Part shown: positions 62,288 through 64,000 of the stretch, piece by piece
How the letters are laid out: each line of letters begins with the position of its first letter
How positions within the stretch are numbered: position 1 is the first letter of the stretch
Position numbers and translations under genes: made by a program
The notes under the pieces: model-generated
The model's input: only the letters and a program-made list of their open reading frames with translations
Told to the model about the DNA's origin: nothing
Database searches by the model: none
Source: an uncultured delta proteobacterium
GTDB taxonomy: Bacteria; Desulfobacterota; Binatia; UBA9968
NCBI GenBank assembly: GCA_963727625.1
Contig: CAVSHR010000009.1
Location: 256,001-320,000, forward strand
Direction: 5' to 3'
Length of the DNA: 64,000 bases

Positions 62288-63271
62288 TCATAGCAGGCTC
62301 TCAACGGCGACCGGACGGCGCAGTAGCCCGTAATTGACCATGCGTTCCATTATTTGGCGCGCCGGCGCAACAAGACCAGCCGAAGCGCCCGCCAGCAACT
62401 TTTGATTTTCTGCCGGCGTGGGAAAGCGAATAGCCTCAAGCGTGTTTCGAAACTCGGCGGGAGAAAGCTTCGCCCGAGGCGCCATGCGCTCGGTCGCATC
62501 CGTGGGATTGGCTTGAAGATATTCCAATGCGCGATGCCAAGCCGAACGGAGGCTTTCAACTTCCCGTGGAAATCTTTCAGCGCAGTCACGGTTCACGATT
62601 AGAACATCAACGATTTCTCCGGGAATTTCACGGCTGCTGAAAAGCTCGCGCATGCCCGCCTTTTTCAAACGCGTCCGCACCGGTTCGAAAGTCACCATCG
62701 CATCGACCCTGCCCCAGAGATAAGCCCGTTCATGTTCGGCAACTACGGCGGCCACGACTCTGATGTCCTCGAGCCGTAGGCCGCCCTTTTGCAGAGCCCT
62801 GCGCAAGACGTAGACTCCGGTGGCGGTATTCTCAACCCCGACGCTTCGTCCCTTGAGACCGCCCAGCGTTCGAATCTCAGGCCGGGCAAGGAGGGCATCT
62901 GCGCCGTTGGAAAAATTCATAACGAGAATGATTTTCAAGGCAATGCCGTCTGCCGCGAGCTGCAAGGCTTCGTTGAGAGTCAAGCCTGCTGCCTCCACTG
63001 TGCCGTTCCCGAAAGCGCGCATGCAATCGCTCGCCGACGAAAACTCGACCAACCGCACCTCATTGTTATTGAAGTAACCGAGTGACCGGGCCAGGTAAAG
63101 CGGCTCGTAGCCTGGCCATTGGTTGGTGCAAACGTGAAACACCCGGGCCGATGGTATATTGCAGCCCGGCAAGACGGCCAAGCACAATAAGAGCGACGCG
63201 AGCGAGGTCAGCACCTCACTCGTCCGATGCAGACGCCGGGTTCGTAAGATTGAGACTGCAGCGACCGCCAT
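62288..63271 (-). CDS. NMT1/SsuA-type substrate-binding lipoprotein
   Basis: lipobox LPGC, WPGYEPLYLA, SNGADAL, LKGRSVGVE, VTFEP, IPGEIVDVL. Confidence 0.85.
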   Translation of the reverse strand: MAVAAVSILRTRRLHRTSEVLTSLASLLLCLAVLPGCNIPSARVFHVCTNQWPGYEPLYLARSLGYFNNNEVRLVEFSSASDCMRAFGNGTVEAAGLTLNEALQLAADGIALKIILVMNFSNGADALLARPEIRTLGGLKGRSVGVENTATGVYVLRRALQKGGLRLEDIRVVAAVVAEHERAYLWGRVDAMVTFEPVRTRLKKAGMRELFSSREIPGEIVDVLIVNRDCAERFPREVESLRSAWHRALEYLQANPTDATERMAPRAKLSPAEFRNTLEAIRFPTPAENQKLLAGASAGLVAPARQIMERMVNYGLLRRPVAVESLL

Positions 63272-63378
63272 GTCCTTCTTCTCTTCGAAAAAATGGGAAT
63301 ACAGACTCCGACCTTTTAACCATGCCGGCGAAATCCGGCACGGTCCGGCTCTCACGATTCGACTTTCACGGACTGTGA

Positions 63379-63849
63379 TCATTCACTGTGTTGGAGCGCC
63401 GCAATGAGCTGATCGATAAATCCCAGCTGCCCCGCGATGATCCGGTTTCGCGCCTCGGAGATAGCGAACCACTGAGCGCGGTCGACCTCCGGGAATTTTT
63501 GCATCCGCCCGGACTTGGGCGGCCACTCCATGGAGAATAAGTTGCTTTGAATCTTAGAGGCGTCGCAATCGGCTTCGATCGCCCAGGCGTGAACGATTTT
63601 TCCGCCACGCTGTTTTATCGGGTCGAGCCGACGAAATCCGCTGTCGATGGAAAATCCGGTCTCTTCGGTAAATTCACGCTTGGCGGCCTGAAGCGGGTCC
63701 TCGCCCTCCTGGAACTCCCCCTTTGGCAATGACCATGCCCCGGCGTCCTTTTTTGCCCAGAACGGTCCGCCGGGATGAATGAGGAAGACCTCGAAGTCGC
63801 CGCGCCGGCGATACAGTAAGAGACCGGCGCTGGCCTTTTTCTGCGTCAT
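63379..63849 (-). CDS. NUDIX hydrolase
   Basis: HPGGPFW, Nudix box PKGE...AAKREFTEETG, FPEVDR. Confidence 0.9.
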   Translation of the reverse strand: MTQKKASAGLLLYRRRGDFEVFLIHPGGPFWAKKDAGAWSLPKGEFQEGEDPLQAAKREFTEETGFSIDSGFRRLDPIKQRGGKIVHAWAIEADCDASKIQSNLFSMEWPPKSGRMQKFPEVDRAQWFAISEARNRIIAGQLGFIDQLIAALQHSE

Positions 63850-64000
63850 GAAGAAATAAGACGGATAAACTACTTCATTGCTCAATACAACCGCTTGCAG
63901 CCCTGGTTATCCTTGAAAGCCGTGGCGCTATGAAAAGCGATCCGTACCGTGATTAGCGCTGTTGAAAGCACGAGCGCCCGTCGGTTAATCGCGGTCGGAG

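Noticed and set aside
1-64000. rRNA, tRNA, prophage or integron
   Set aside because: No cloverleaf, rRNA motif, phage structural gene, integrase or attC array recognised.

Overview
GC-rich bacterial chromosomal window. Gene content (paralogous TPP E1 pairs, tripartite tricarboxylate transporters, multi-GAF kinase, sigma54 activators) suggests a Deltaproteobacteria-like lineage such as Ca. Binatia; this is inference only. 1-18.6 kb is metabolic: two E1alpha/beta pairs, sulfotransferase, FAD oxidoreductase, and two tandem GAF-PAS sigma54 activators ahead of a diiron protein-GNAT-methyltransferase-DMT operon. The ArsM-like methyltransferase has an in-frame UGA plus a SECIS-like hairpin (probable selenoprotein). 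18.4-40.0 kb is a ~21-kb island bounded by two alleles of the 3' end of a ferritin-like gene and has no recognisable integrase. It carries a WYL regulator, TA modules, a type I-B (Myxan) CRISPR-Cas locus (interference genes heavily frameshifted, cas6, cas4-1 and cas2 intact, 24 repeats, 23 strongly homopolymer-poor spacers) and two near-identical RAYT/Y1 transposase units with 31-bp terminal inverted repeats around a tct cargo. 40-47 kb holds a secreted beta-helix protein, a lipoprotein and a PLC/P1-like hydrolase. 49-58.5 kb holds a duplicated polA 5' end, a six-GAF kinase behind a riboswitch-like leader, and an actinobacterial-type polA. All calls come from reading the sequence by eye; no database search or folding was run, and some frameshifts may be long-read errors.
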